This document shows positions 1-11,359 of a stretch of 64,000 bases of DNA, one piece after another. The stretch covers positions 342,554 through 406,553 of the forward strand of contig NIVC01000553.1 of the NCBI GenBank assembly GCA_002269645.1, given 5' to 3'. The notes under the pieces were generated by a model. That model saw only the letters and a list, made by a program, of their open reading frames with translations, had not been told where the DNA came from and made no database searches. Position 1 is the first letter of the stretch. Each line of letters starts with the position of its first letter. A program made the position numbers and the translations under genes. Origin of the DNA: Macrostomum lignano (taxonomy: Eukaryota).

Positions 1-687
1 GGCGCTGGCCAGCGTGAAAGAGATGAACTTGTGATCGGAGAGGGACGCCTCAGGAAGCACCCGCCATTCCCTAGTGCTCTGGAAGAGCCTGGGCGTGGCG
101 AGGGTGGCATCCAGCACCTCCGATCGGCGTCCGTTATTGAAGGTAGGGGTACTACCCGAGTTACAGAACTCAAGGGTTGTAGTAGCAATATAAGCCAGGA
201 AGTCTTCACCTCTCTGGTTTATATCAGAACTGCCCCAGTGGGTGTGGTGGGCATTGATGTCACCTGCCACGAGCAGCTCATAGTTTCTGGTGGAGCAGAG
301 CTCGACCAGTGTGACAAGCTCTACTGGGATCATCTCGCCGTCGCCCGGTAGGTAAACCGAGGCGATGAGGGTAGTCCTCCCAGGGAGTATGTCTTCAGAC
401 TGGATGACACAGATGTCCCTGGTGGACAGGTCTGATCTGAGCCATGCGTTAATAGAACTGGACACCATGATGCAGGATCTTGGTGCCAGGTTTCCCTCCC
501 GGGTACCAGCGGTTAAACACTGGTAGCCGGTGGGGACATGTTGGGGGCTGCCCCTAAGCGTCCAAGGTTCCTGGATAAGGATAATCCCTGGCACGTATTG
601 GTCAGTGTGCTTCAAGAGGTTGACTGAAGCAGCAATGCTGTGCTGCAGGTTGACCTGCAAGCAGTGGATGCCCTGGGAGACAGTCAT
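1..687 (-). mobile_element. Non-LTR retrotransposon (R1/LOA-like LINE) ORF2, N-terminal AP-endonuclease domain; runs off the window edge
   Basis: Not in the ORF track; translated by hand from the ATG at 687. 229 uninterrupted codons, MTVSQGIHCLQVNLQHS...LIQEPW...AGDINAHHTHWGS...NSGSTPTF...SEVLDATL...SLSDHKFISF, containing all canonical APE motifs (N, QEP, GDxNA, D, SDH). Confidence 0.93.
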
Positions 688-689
688 GT

Positions 690-1345
690 CTACTGTCCAG
701 GGGAGGAGAAAAGCAACTCATTCTCAGCCTCATCGGTGAGAGTTGAGTCGCCAATTTCCATTGGCTCAGGCTCAGCCGCCTCCCCAGCCGCCGCGGAGGC
801 GGACACGGCGCCCACGGCAGGTGAGTCACCTAGCCGCGCTACACCGCCCTCCTCCCCAGCGACTGGGGTACGGCTGCTGCCTTCGCCTTGCGCCCCGCCG
901 TCGGGAGTCTGAGCTCGGCCGGCAGCGTCCTCCTGGTGGTAATCCCACCAGTTGGAAGGCTGAGCCGTGCCGTCGTCCAGTTCCCTCGGCTGGCTTTCAG
1001 TGTTTTTTCGAGCGGCACGAGTCTGCTCGAGGTGAAGTCTCAGAGACTGAGCTTCGTCAAGTGCGCGCTGGATTAGACCGGACCGCCGGCTACTGCGGGC
1101 GGGTCTACGTCCGCGCGAGGCGGACTCAGCAGCGCGAATAGCCTTGTTAGGCTCGGGATCGGGTTGCTGCTGCCGCTTGGCCGGCGGGGCATGAGCCCCA
1201 GCTCCGGGAGCGGCGCGCTTCCCGTCTTTCTTGGTCTCCACCTTGCCCTCCTCACAGCGGAGGATGGTCAGTTGATGGAGACCAAGGTGGAGGTTTGTGC
1301 CGTGCGGTAGCCGCTTGGCCCATCCCTCCGTCTGTTTTGAAGCTG
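690..1345 (-). mobile_element. C-terminal fragment of LINE ORF1 (gag-like), 5'-truncated
   Basis: ORF 690..1241 stays open upstream to about 1355 (..KRLPHGTNLHLGLHQLTILRCEEGKVETKK..). It ends in TAG 2 nt before the ORF2 ATG (TAG-AC-ATG), a typical LINE ORF1/ORF2 junction. The exact 5' junction is uncertain. Confidence 0.7.
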
Positions 1346-1463
1346 AATAAGGCCTTCAAATTTTATTTCTATAGCTAATTATGAATGTTAGGTCAGGTCC
1401 TACATCTGCTAATAGTGAGTCCTCAAATCACTATCTTAAAAAGTTGTAAACATATTCTATTGA

Positions 1464-4400
1464 TTATTGAATTCTGTTCTTGTCACTGTCACTTGTTGGA
1501 CTTGCATTTGACTGAAGTAGAGGTGCCTCAGTAACAACCGTGATTGGATCTGCGCACACTCGCTTGCCCTGTTTGGCAGCCTGCCAGCGGATTACACACG
1601 GCAGAGGGTACAGTATAGCTCCGCTGAGTAGCATGCAGGCGCCGCTAACCATGTAGGACGCGTTAAATGAGTGCGTTCTGTCGAATATGGCGCCTGGGGT
1701 TGTTTGGACAAGCTTTGTTTTGCATTTCAGATGTTAAAACAATTATACAATGCTATTTAACTCTTAAATTCAGTGTTCGCAATGTAATGTACATTCTCTG
1801 AAATTATCGATCACTATCTTAATTCTTTTTTCTATCCCTCCGCCTCACAAAATTTTTAGTTTTAAAACTAGCAACAAATATGCACGCGACACTTTACATG
1901 CTATCGATTATATTCAGTTTGGAAAGGAGAGGCGTCGCTGGGTAGACCCTATTTTGCACATAATGGCCGCATACTAGATTCCACTAAACTAAGCGAAAAT
2001 TGCCCACCCCTAATTTCCAGGATCCAGTCTACTGCGAGCCCACGGGGTACAGAGTTAAGGGGTGAAGGGAAATATATTTTGGGTGAAGGGGTTGAGGGGC
2101 ACTATATTCTGGGCGGAGGGGTTGAGGGGCACTATATTCTGGGTGAGGGGGTTGAGGGGCACTATATTCTGGGTGAGGGGGTTGAGGGCACTATATTCTG
2201 GGCGGAGGGGTTGAGGGGCACTATATTCTGGGTGAGGGGGTTGAGGGGCACTATATTCTGGGTGAAGGGGTTGTGGGGCACTATATTCTGGGTGAGGGGG
2301 TTGAGGGGCACTATATTCTGAGTGAGGGGGTTGAGGGGCACTATATTCTGGGTGAGGGGGTTGAGGGGCACTATATTCTGGGTGAAGGGGTTGAGGGGCA
2401 CTATATTCTGGGTGAGGGGGTTGAGGGGCACTATATTCTGGGTGAGGGGGTTGAGGGGCACTATATTCTGGGTGAGGGGCACTATATTCTGGGTGAGGGG
2501 TGAGGGGCACTATATTCTGGGTGAGGGGGTTGAGGGGCACTATATTCTGGGTGAGGGGCACTATATTCTGGGTGAGGGGCACTATATTCTGGGTGAGGGG
2601 CACTATATTCTGGGTGAAGGGGTTGAGGGGCACTATATTCTGGGTGAGGGGCACTATATTCTGGGTGAAGGGGTTGAGGGGCACTATATTCTGGGTGAAG
2701 GGGGTTGAGGGGCACTATATTCTGGGTGAAGGGGTTGAGGGGCACTATATTCTGGGTGAGGGGTGAGGGGCACTATATTCTGGGTGAGGGGGTTGAGGGG
2801 CACTATATTCTGGGTGAGGGGCACTATATTCTGGGTGAGGGGCACTATATTCTGGGTGAGGGGCACTATATTCTGGGTGAGGGGCACTATATTCTGGGTG
2901 GAGGGGCACTATATTCTGGGTGAGGGGTGAGGGGCACTATATTCTGGGTGGGGGGCACTATATTCTGGGTGGAGGGGTTGAGGGGCACTATATTCTGGGT
3001 GGAGGGGCACTATATTCTGGGTGAGGGGTGAGGGGCACTATATTCTGGGTGGGGGGCACTATATTCTGGGTGAGGGGTGAGGGGCACTATATTCTGGGTG
3101 GGGGGCACTATATTCTGGGTGGAGGGGTTGAGGGGCACTATATTCTGGGTGAGGGGTGAGGGGCACTATATTCTGGGTGAGGGGCACTATATTCTGGGTG
3201 AGGGGCACTATATTCTGGGTGGAGGGGTGGGAGGCACTATATTCTGGGTGGAGGGGTGGGAGGCTTTTCGTCGGTGGAATACTTATCTAATCTATTGCGA
3301 TGCTCTGCTATTTTTAGCTTTTCTACAAGCTTCTCCATACACGGTGCATGTACAGTTTGAATTTACATGTACATAGCCTAAAACTATCGATTACGGCGCT
3401 CGCTTCTGCCTTAACCCACCGGCCACCGTTAAGTTGGTTTGCATTTGCACACAAACAATTTAGCTTTCTAAAAATATCCCAAGCACACTTGTACACTAAT
3501 TCACTACCCAAAAACGCCACCATCAGTGATTTAGTATCGAATTCTTACCAGCCATCGGAGGCCCCGACACAACCCCAATCGCTTGGAACAGGAGTGTGAG
3601 CCCAAAGGAGTCACTGAGCCTCTCCGGACCGAGTAAGTGCGCCAGAACGGCTGGCGTTAGCGTTACATAGGCGCCTGTAAAATGTGAATGTGATTGAATG
3701 TGAAATTCATCTGTGATTGAATCATGATAATGATTGGACAGATGCTGCCCACAGATACTAGTAGTAGAATAACTTGATGGGCCACTCAGTACATTTGCGT
3801 GTAAGCTACTTTCAGTTCAGTAAGTAAGTTAAACAGAAGCATTTTAATATAATTTTTAAGCCAAGGCTCATTTATGGCTCTTAACTCGAGCTTAAACCCT
3901 CCGACCTTCAGCCGCGCCTTTCCACACTAACCCCCCCAGCCCACCTCAATTTTTATTGCTTTTTTCTGAATTCCAGCCTAAAGCTGCCATGTACATTTCA
4001 GTGAAGTGGGCAGTGTACATTATTGCTAAACCAATTACTCGTAGCAATAGCAAGCTGTTTACAATAAGTAAGCTTTGGGCTTCTAAACTTATCAAAGTAA
4101 TTTCAGCTGCCTTTATTTTTATAAAATAGCTTATGTATTCTTCTTTGCTACTGATCTGATAGTAGAAAGCTGTTTTGCTATTTTAGTATCTTTGTTTGAT
4201 GCTGCCAAATAAAAGTGCATTGAGTCCTTATCAATATTAAGGCTTTCTCTTACCAACAAAAACACCAAAAACGGCGCAATAAACGGCCATGAAGGCGTAA
4301 ACTTCGGAGATGAAGCTGAAAAACAGCGCCGCCCCAGCGACGGCCAGCGCCGTTGCGTAGAGCGCCGGCTTGTTCACCCCGGGCCTGTCGGACAGCAGCC

Positions 4401-6808
4401 CGAAGGCCAACCTGCCAATCATATTGGCCACTCCGATCACGGACAGAAGCAGGGCGGACTGCGTGGCCGAGTACCCAGCCTGCATCGCTCGGTCCGGCGT
4501 GTAAAGAAACGGCGCATCGAAGCCGACGCTAAACAGCAGGTTGGATCCCAGAAACAGCAGGAAGGCCGGGTCGCCGAGCAGGTCGGCTGGAAACAGTTGC
4601 TGGACTCGACGGCGGATAACCGCCAGCGGGGAGGTCGGGCTGCTGCCGCTAGAGAACGACGGGTCGGGCTTGGTCGTGGCCAGGTTGAGAGATGAAGCGG
4701 CTACAAAGGCCGACCTACTGACTAACAGGGGGAGCGGTCTCTGCCGACCTACCGTCTCCAGTTGGTCTACGCTGGCTACTCGTTGATTGATTTTTATCAC
4801 CCTATTGGTGCTCAGATGCGGCAGCGAGCGGAACTCGAATCCACTTGATTTGGAGTTCAGTGCACTACTAGGCTCAAATCTATTGCATTCAATGTCTAAC
4901 ACGTTAACCGATGACTTTGGCACTGGAAGAGGTCTCAGTAGGCAGGCGAATACGGCACAGTTGAGCACTATTCCAGCCAGGATGAGCATAGCGCCTCGCC
5001 AGGTGTACTCAACGATTAAATAGTTTATTAGAAGTCCGAAAATGAAAATACCTGCATGGTCAGGGGTGTTAGGGTTGGGATTTTATGGTTGGGAATCTAT
5101 AGGTGCCTTGTAACGCTGGTCAAGGGTGTTCTCAAGTAATACCGGTTGAGGAATCGGGGTGTTCTCAAGTAATACCGGTTGAGGAATCGGGGTGTTCTCA
5201 AGTAATACCGGTTGAGGAATCGGGGTGTTCTCAAGTAATACCGGTTGAGGAATCGGGGTGTTCTCAAGTAATACCGGTTGAGGAATCGAGGTGTTCTCAA
5301 GGAATACCGGTTAAGGAACCGGGGTGTTCTCAAGGTATACCGGTTCAGGAATTGGGGGATGTCCTCAAGGTGTCTGTGTAGGATTCGGGTTAAAGTACAA
5401 GTTACCTGTGCGGGTATCCACTGTCCATCGAATGGTGTTCAAACGTTTACTCACCCAGTCCAGAGCCGCAGGCAGCTATGCCAATAGCGGTTGAGCGTCG
5501 CTTGTCAAAATAAACGCCTACGCACACAATGGCAGGCAGGTACATCAGGCTAATTCCGAAACCTGTTTGTTTAGATAATAAAAGACGACGTCGTAACAAT
5601 AAAAATTATAATTCCAGCATCCTACTGACACCAGTGACAAAACTTCTTTTCAAATCACTTTTCAAATCCGGCTCCTGATGGATTCTGTCAGTAGCGCCGA
5701 TGTCTTCTTTATACACTGTACATGTACGGTGGGACATGGTATATCCAAGGTTGCTACTTTGGGATAATTTCAAATCTCCGAAATTCTATCTTTCTGACAG
5801 CACCTCTTTTATATCTCCGACATTTCATATCTCCGACACTTCATATCTCCGACACTTCATATCTCCGACACTTCATATCTCCGACACTTCATATCTCCGA
5901 CACTTCATATCTCCGACACTTCATATCTCCGACACTTCATATCTCCGACACTTCATATCTCCGACACTTCATATCTCCGACACTTCATATCTCCGACACT
6001 TAATATCTCCGACACTTAATATCTCCGACACTTAATATCTCCGACACTTAATATCTCCGACACTTCATACGAGTCCGTTAATGTTAGGCTTAAGGAAAGG
6101 GTAAGGCTGGCGATATGAAGTGTCGGAGATATTAAGTGTCAAAGATATGAAATGTCGGAGATATTAAGTGTCAAAGATATGAAATGTCGGAGAAATGAAA
6201 TGTCGGAGATATGAAATGTCGGAGATATGAAATGTCGGAGATATGGAGTGTCGTAGATATGAAGTGTCGGAGATATGAAGTATCGGAGATATGAAGTGTC
6301 GGAGATATGAAATTTCGTAAAATTGAAACCACCTGGTACGAGCATTTTTAGAAATCTATTGACTACCGAACGTACATGTACTGTAACAATAAGTACGTCC
6401 GAAAAATACCATTATTCTTGTAAATTATCTTTTACCAAGAATGTAATTATTACCAGCCAACAAGCTGATGGTGACAATGAACATTTGCGGCTGCTGCACA
6501 AAGTAGGACAAGGCGAAGCCAAGGCTGGCCAAGACAGCTCCAACGATGGTCACCAGCCTGTCACCAAATCTTCTGCAGGCCAAGCTGACAACGGGCCCAG
6601 CGCCAAGTAGCACGCTGACTAGCACTGACGTAATCCAGCCGTTGAGTTGTCGACTCGAGCCGAGACTCTCAGCGAACTCAGCCGCCAGCACGCCGAACGC
6701 GTAGGTTAAACCGTCCATAACAACGTGGATGAAGAAGCTGGCGGCGACGACCACCCAGCCCCAGTCTCCGTCCGGAGCTGCGGCTGTGGCAGCAGCAGGG
6801 CTTGACAT
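1464..6808 (-). CDS. Monocarboxylate transporter (SLC16/MCT, MFS), 538 aa, 5 exons
   Basis: Exons 6808-6454, 5562-5455, 5051-4254, 3674-3549, 1693-1464; all introns GT..AG and phase 1; total 1617 nt in frame. MCT motifs: PDGDWGWVVV, YLPAIVCVGVYFDKRRSTAIGIAACGSG, YTWRGAMLIL, IGRLAFGLLSDR, GPPMAGAIFDRTHSF. Confidence 0.95.
2075..3260. repeat. G-rich minisatellite, 30-bp unit (GGGGCACTATATTCTGGGTGAGGGGGTTGA) with 21/26-bp variants, MCT intron 4
   Basis: About 40 direct tandem copies seen. Confidence 0.97.
5120..5350. repeat. 33-bp minisatellite (GTTCTCAAGTAATACCGGTTGAGGAATCGGGGT), MCT intron 2
   Basis: About 7 copies, degenerating at the right end. Confidence 0.95.
5770..6330. mobile_element. 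Foldback/MITE-like element: inverted arrays of a 16-bp unit around a short spacer, MCT intron 1
   Basis: (ATATCTCCGACACTTC)n at about 5810-6068 and its reverse complement (GAAGTGTCGGAGATAT)n at about 6112-6315, with spacer ..GTTAGGCTTAAGGAAAGGGTAAGG.. No TSD identified. Confidence 0.7.
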
Positions 6809-7058
6809 GGCGCAGTCTGAATTGTTCGATAAGAGGGTTTCTCTTGCACTTCGATACTCTTACAGCTTGCGAATTCTAGTTTTTTTTACGATGGCAGCGC
6901 GTTTAAACTGGTGAAACTCTCTCCTTTCCTGCGCCTCTGTCGCGCCATTGTTCTCCAGTGAGTTATTTATATATATATGAGCTATGACATCGCTTTCCTG
7001 TGCTATGCGTCACTGAGGCAGAGGCTGAGTTGGAATGACTCGTGTCTGCTTAGCATTA

Positions 7059-7517
<459 letters not shown>

Positions 7518-8074
7518 GAAACTGAAAAAAACTCACGAGTGCTTTTTAATAAGTTACGAGCAAGGCTCAAAGATAAATAGAAAGAATTGAACTCAGCTTT
7601 CGCCGAACAGAAATAAAAAATGAAAATGACAAAGTTATTAAAAATACAGCGTAGGGTACAATTAAAAGAAGATTCCCTCGGCACTCAGAAATTTACCATG
7701 CAATTAATGTCTTGCTACAGCGTAAGTGCAATAAAAGCAAGAGCAAGTTAATTGCTTGAGATGAAGCAATTAAAGTTCGTCACAGCTCGACAATCACAGT
7801 GTTTGGTCCTACTGTTGATACTACTTCATCCACCGGTAGTAGTATGCTCGGAAATTCTTCAGTGGTTTGGAGTTCTTATTTGAAGAAGACAAAACACAAA
7901 TACGCTGGCACCCCAGCCGACACCCCAATCAATCGAAACTAATGTTGACGATCCAGCGACCAGACATCAGATTTTGACACCTTCTGACACCTTTGCTGAC
8001 TGTCCTGACCTATTTCCGACTCTCCTGACACCTGTTCTCTACCTCCTGAAACATATTATGACACTTCGGACACC

Positions 8075-9490
8075 TGTGCTCTCTCCAGACTTACCTGTTC
8101 TCTCTCCAGACTTACCTGTGCTCTCTCCAGACTTACCTGTGCTCTCTCCAGACTTACCTGTGCTCTCTCCAGACTTACCTGTGCTCTCTCCAGACTTACC
8201 TGTGCTCTCTCCAGACTTACCTGTGCTCTCTCCAGACTTACCTGTGCTCTCTCCAGACTTACCTGTGCTCTCTTCAGACTTACCTGTGCTCTCTCCAGAC
8301 TTACCTGTGCTCTCTCCAGACTTACCTGTGCTCTCTCCAGACTTACCTGTGCTCTCTCCAGACTTACTTGTACTCTCTCCAGACTTACCTGTGCTCTCTC
8401 CAGACTTACTTGTACTCTCTCCAGACTTTCCTCTGCTCTCTCCAGACTTTCCTCTGCTCTCTCCAGACTTACCTGTGCTCTCTCCAGACTTACTTGTACT
8501 CTCTCCAGACTTTCCTCTGCTCTCTCCAGACTTACTTGTACTCTCTCCAGACTTACTTGTACTCTCTCCAGACTTACCTGTGCTCTCTCCAGACTTACTT
8601 GTACTCTCTCCAGACTTACCTGTGCTCTCTCCAGACTTACCTGTGCTCTCTCCAGACTTACCTGTGCTCTCTCCAGACTTACCTGTGCTCTCTCCAGACT
8701 TACCTGTGCTCTCTCCAGACTTACTTGTACTCTCTCCAGACTTACTTGTACTCTCTCCAGACTTACCTGTGCTCTCTCCAGACTTACCTGTGCTCTCTCC
8801 AGACTTACTTGTACTCTCTCCAGACTTTCCTCTGCTCTCTCCAGACTTACTTGTACTCTCTCCAGACTTACCTGTGCTCTCTCCAGACTTACCTGTGCTC
8901 TCTCCAGACTTACTTGTACTCTCTCCAGACTTACTTGTACTCTCTCCAGACTTACCTGTGCTCTCTCCAGACTTACCTGTGCTCTCTCCAGACTTACCTG
9001 TGCTCTCTCCAGACTTACTTGTACTCTCTCCAGACTTTCCTCTGCTCTCTCCAGACTTACTTGTACTCTCTCCAGACTTACCTGTGCTCTCTCCAGACTT
9101 ACCTGTGCTCTCTCCAGACTTACTTGTACTCTCTCCAGACTTACCTGTGCTCTCTCCAGACTTACCTGTGCTCTCTCCAGACTTACCTGTGCTCTCTCCA
9201 GACTTACCTGTGCTCTCTCCAGACTTACTTGTACTCTCTCCAGACTTACTTGTACTCTCTCCAAACTTACCTGTGCTCTCTTCAGACTTACCTGTGCTCT
9301 CTCCAGACTTACCTGTGCTCTCTCCAGACTTACATGTGCTCTCTCCAGACACCTGTGCTTTTTCCAGACACCTGTGCTTTTTCCAGACACCTGTGCTCTC
9401 TCCAGACTTACCTGTGCTCTCTCTAGACCTGTGCCTGTGTTCTCTCCAGACACACCCGTGCTCACTCCAGACACACCTGTGCTCACTCTC
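8075..9490. repeat. 21-bp minisatellite (CTCTCCAGACTTACCTGTGCT), about 60-65 copies, upstream of Dmrt
   Basis: Direct tandem copies with recurrent variants (CTTACTTGTA, CTTTCCTCTG). Confidence 0.98.
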
Positions 9491-9607
9491 TTGACCACCC
9501 TCTTTTAACCCACTTAATGCACAGGCATTTAATTCGGTGCTTTATAAAAAAATTGTAGTATTTTCTGACTTCATCAGCCAGTCCATGGACAGCTGCCATG
9601 GCAAGAA

Positions 9608-9660
9608 AATTGGCATCTGAAATTCGATTGGTCTATATATCAGACGCTGCTATATATAAG
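9608..9660 (+). promoter_or_regulatory. Candidate Dmrt core promoter (two reverse CCAAT boxes plus TATA)
   Basis: ATTGG near 9610 and 9628, and TATATATAAG at 9651-9660, about 55 nt before the ATG at 9713. Confidence 0.5.
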
Positions 9661-9712
9661 CTGCAGCTGGTCTGAGAGCTGGCAGCGCAGCGGACACCTG
9701 CAGCCAGTCACA

Positions 9713-10806
9713 ATGGACCCAGCCGTCACAGCCGCCAGCAGCAGTCGCGCCAACAACGCGTCGCCAACCCTGCACCTGGCCAGCAGCCTGGATCCAGCCC
9801 TGACCCGGTCACTGGTCAAGATGCTCCGACCGTCGCTGCTGAATCGTCAGCGTCAGTTGTTGAATCGACAACACCAGCCGCCGAGTACCGCAGTCGCCGC
9901 AGCCGGAGGCAGCGGAGCCCGACGCCCGAAATGCGCTCGCTGCAGAAACCACGGCGCGGTCAGCTGGCTGAAGGGCCACAAGAGGCACTGCCCGTACCGC
10001 GACTGCGCCTGCGCCAAGTGCGGCTTGATCGCCGAGAGACAGCGAGTCATGGCGGCTCAGGTGGCGTTGAAACGGCAGCAGAGTGCCGAGGACGCGGTGG
10101 CAGCTGGGCTTCGATGCCTGCAGGCGGCCGCGGCTGCTGACGCTGGTGAAGATGGCAACCAGGATGTCGATTTGGCTGCTGGAGGAGACAACGGTGGTGA
10201 GTTACAATTGAGCTGGTCTTGAAGCACCGACTCAGATAATCCTCACAGCTTCGATTTAGATAATCCTTACAGCACAGATTTAAATAATCACCACTCAATT
10301 CACCCAATGCCTGAGCAGATGATGGGGCCAAGAGCAATGCTGCAGATCTGAGGTCCTATGAAGCATCTCAGCAGGGCACTGGACTTGAATCTCCAGCCGA
10401 GTCAATTACCCTGCTAATGCGACTATTTCCCAGTCTAGATCGGCCCACCTTGAGTCAGGTGCTTGCCAGTTGCAACAATGATTTAATGACCTCCATTGAG
10501 CAACTGCTGCCAGCGGCAAGCGACGTCGGTGCGTTCCACGTCGCGCCAGCGACGCCGCTGATTGCTGCCCGGTCAGCGCCACCACCGCAGGCGGCTTCAA
10601 TTTTCTTTCTTCAACAAGCCATGGCCACCGCGGCTGCCTCGGTGGCAACTCTGCCGCAGGCGTGGTTGGATCCCAGATCCCTCTGCTGGACTCAGGCCGC
10701 ACCTCTGCCGCACCACCTACAGGCGCAGCACCAGCTGCAGTCGCAGAGCAATGCACCGTTGAATTATTCCACTTTTGCGCCGCAGAACGATGAGGGCAAT
10801 ATTTGA
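9713..10806 (+). CDS. Dmrt93B: Doublesex/mab-3-related transcription factor, DM + DMA domains (Dmrt93B-like), 323 aa, 2 exons
   Basis: Exons 9713-10196 and 10319-10806 (GTGAGT..GCAG, phase 1, total 972 nt). DM domain [54 protein letters not shown]; DMA domain [45 protein letters not shown] and ALKRQQ point to the 93B group, so the subfamily call is less sure than the family call. Confidence 0.93.
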
Positions 10807-11291
10807 CTGCTTTGGATAATACGAGGTTAATCAGTTTGTCTACCTGTGGTAAAAGAATTGCTATAAAAACTATGTGAACTTAAGAGTCAAAATTGATCCC
10901 GAAATATTCGGTCTCGGTTTCTCTACGCCAATCCTTTCATTTGGCGCTTCAAATACTCGTACTTAAATGACGAGATGACCATGATAAACGCTCTAAGGTT
11001 CCCGATCACTTGAAATCCCCATTTATCCCATTTCTTAGATTCCCAAATGCTAAAGTGATCCTTTTTAGACATAACGAGAGCCATTTGGCTCCAAATGAAG
11101 GGACTGGCGTAAAGAAATCGGGACCCAATTTTTCGGCTCCATTTTGACTCTTAAGTTTACATCCTCATTTATTGTAATGATAAATATCGGGGCTAATAAT
11201 TGAATCGATTGACAAATAATATTCAAAATTCTTGTGTCACTAGTTGCATAACTAATTCTTGTTTTACTTTTGCACAACTGTAATCCATAGA

Positions 11292-11359
11292 ATCCATGGT
11301 AAATCCGTGGAAATTCCATGGTAAATCCGTGGAAACTCCATGGTAAATCCGTCGGAAAT
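11292..11359. repeat. Short 22-bp tandem repeat (TCCATGGTAAATCCGTGGAAA[T/C]) x3
   Basis: Three direct copies. Confidence 0.8.

Noticed and set aside
7974-9498. Long ORFs of 350-506 aa (VLSPDLP, SGESTGK and SLERAQV repeats)
   Set aside because: They are translations of a 21-bp satellite open in several frames on both strands, with no unique domain. The same applies to the poly-Y/T/V ORFs at 6977-7684 and to the repeat ORFs at 2055-2923, 39444-40580, 41277-42197 and 43122-44309.
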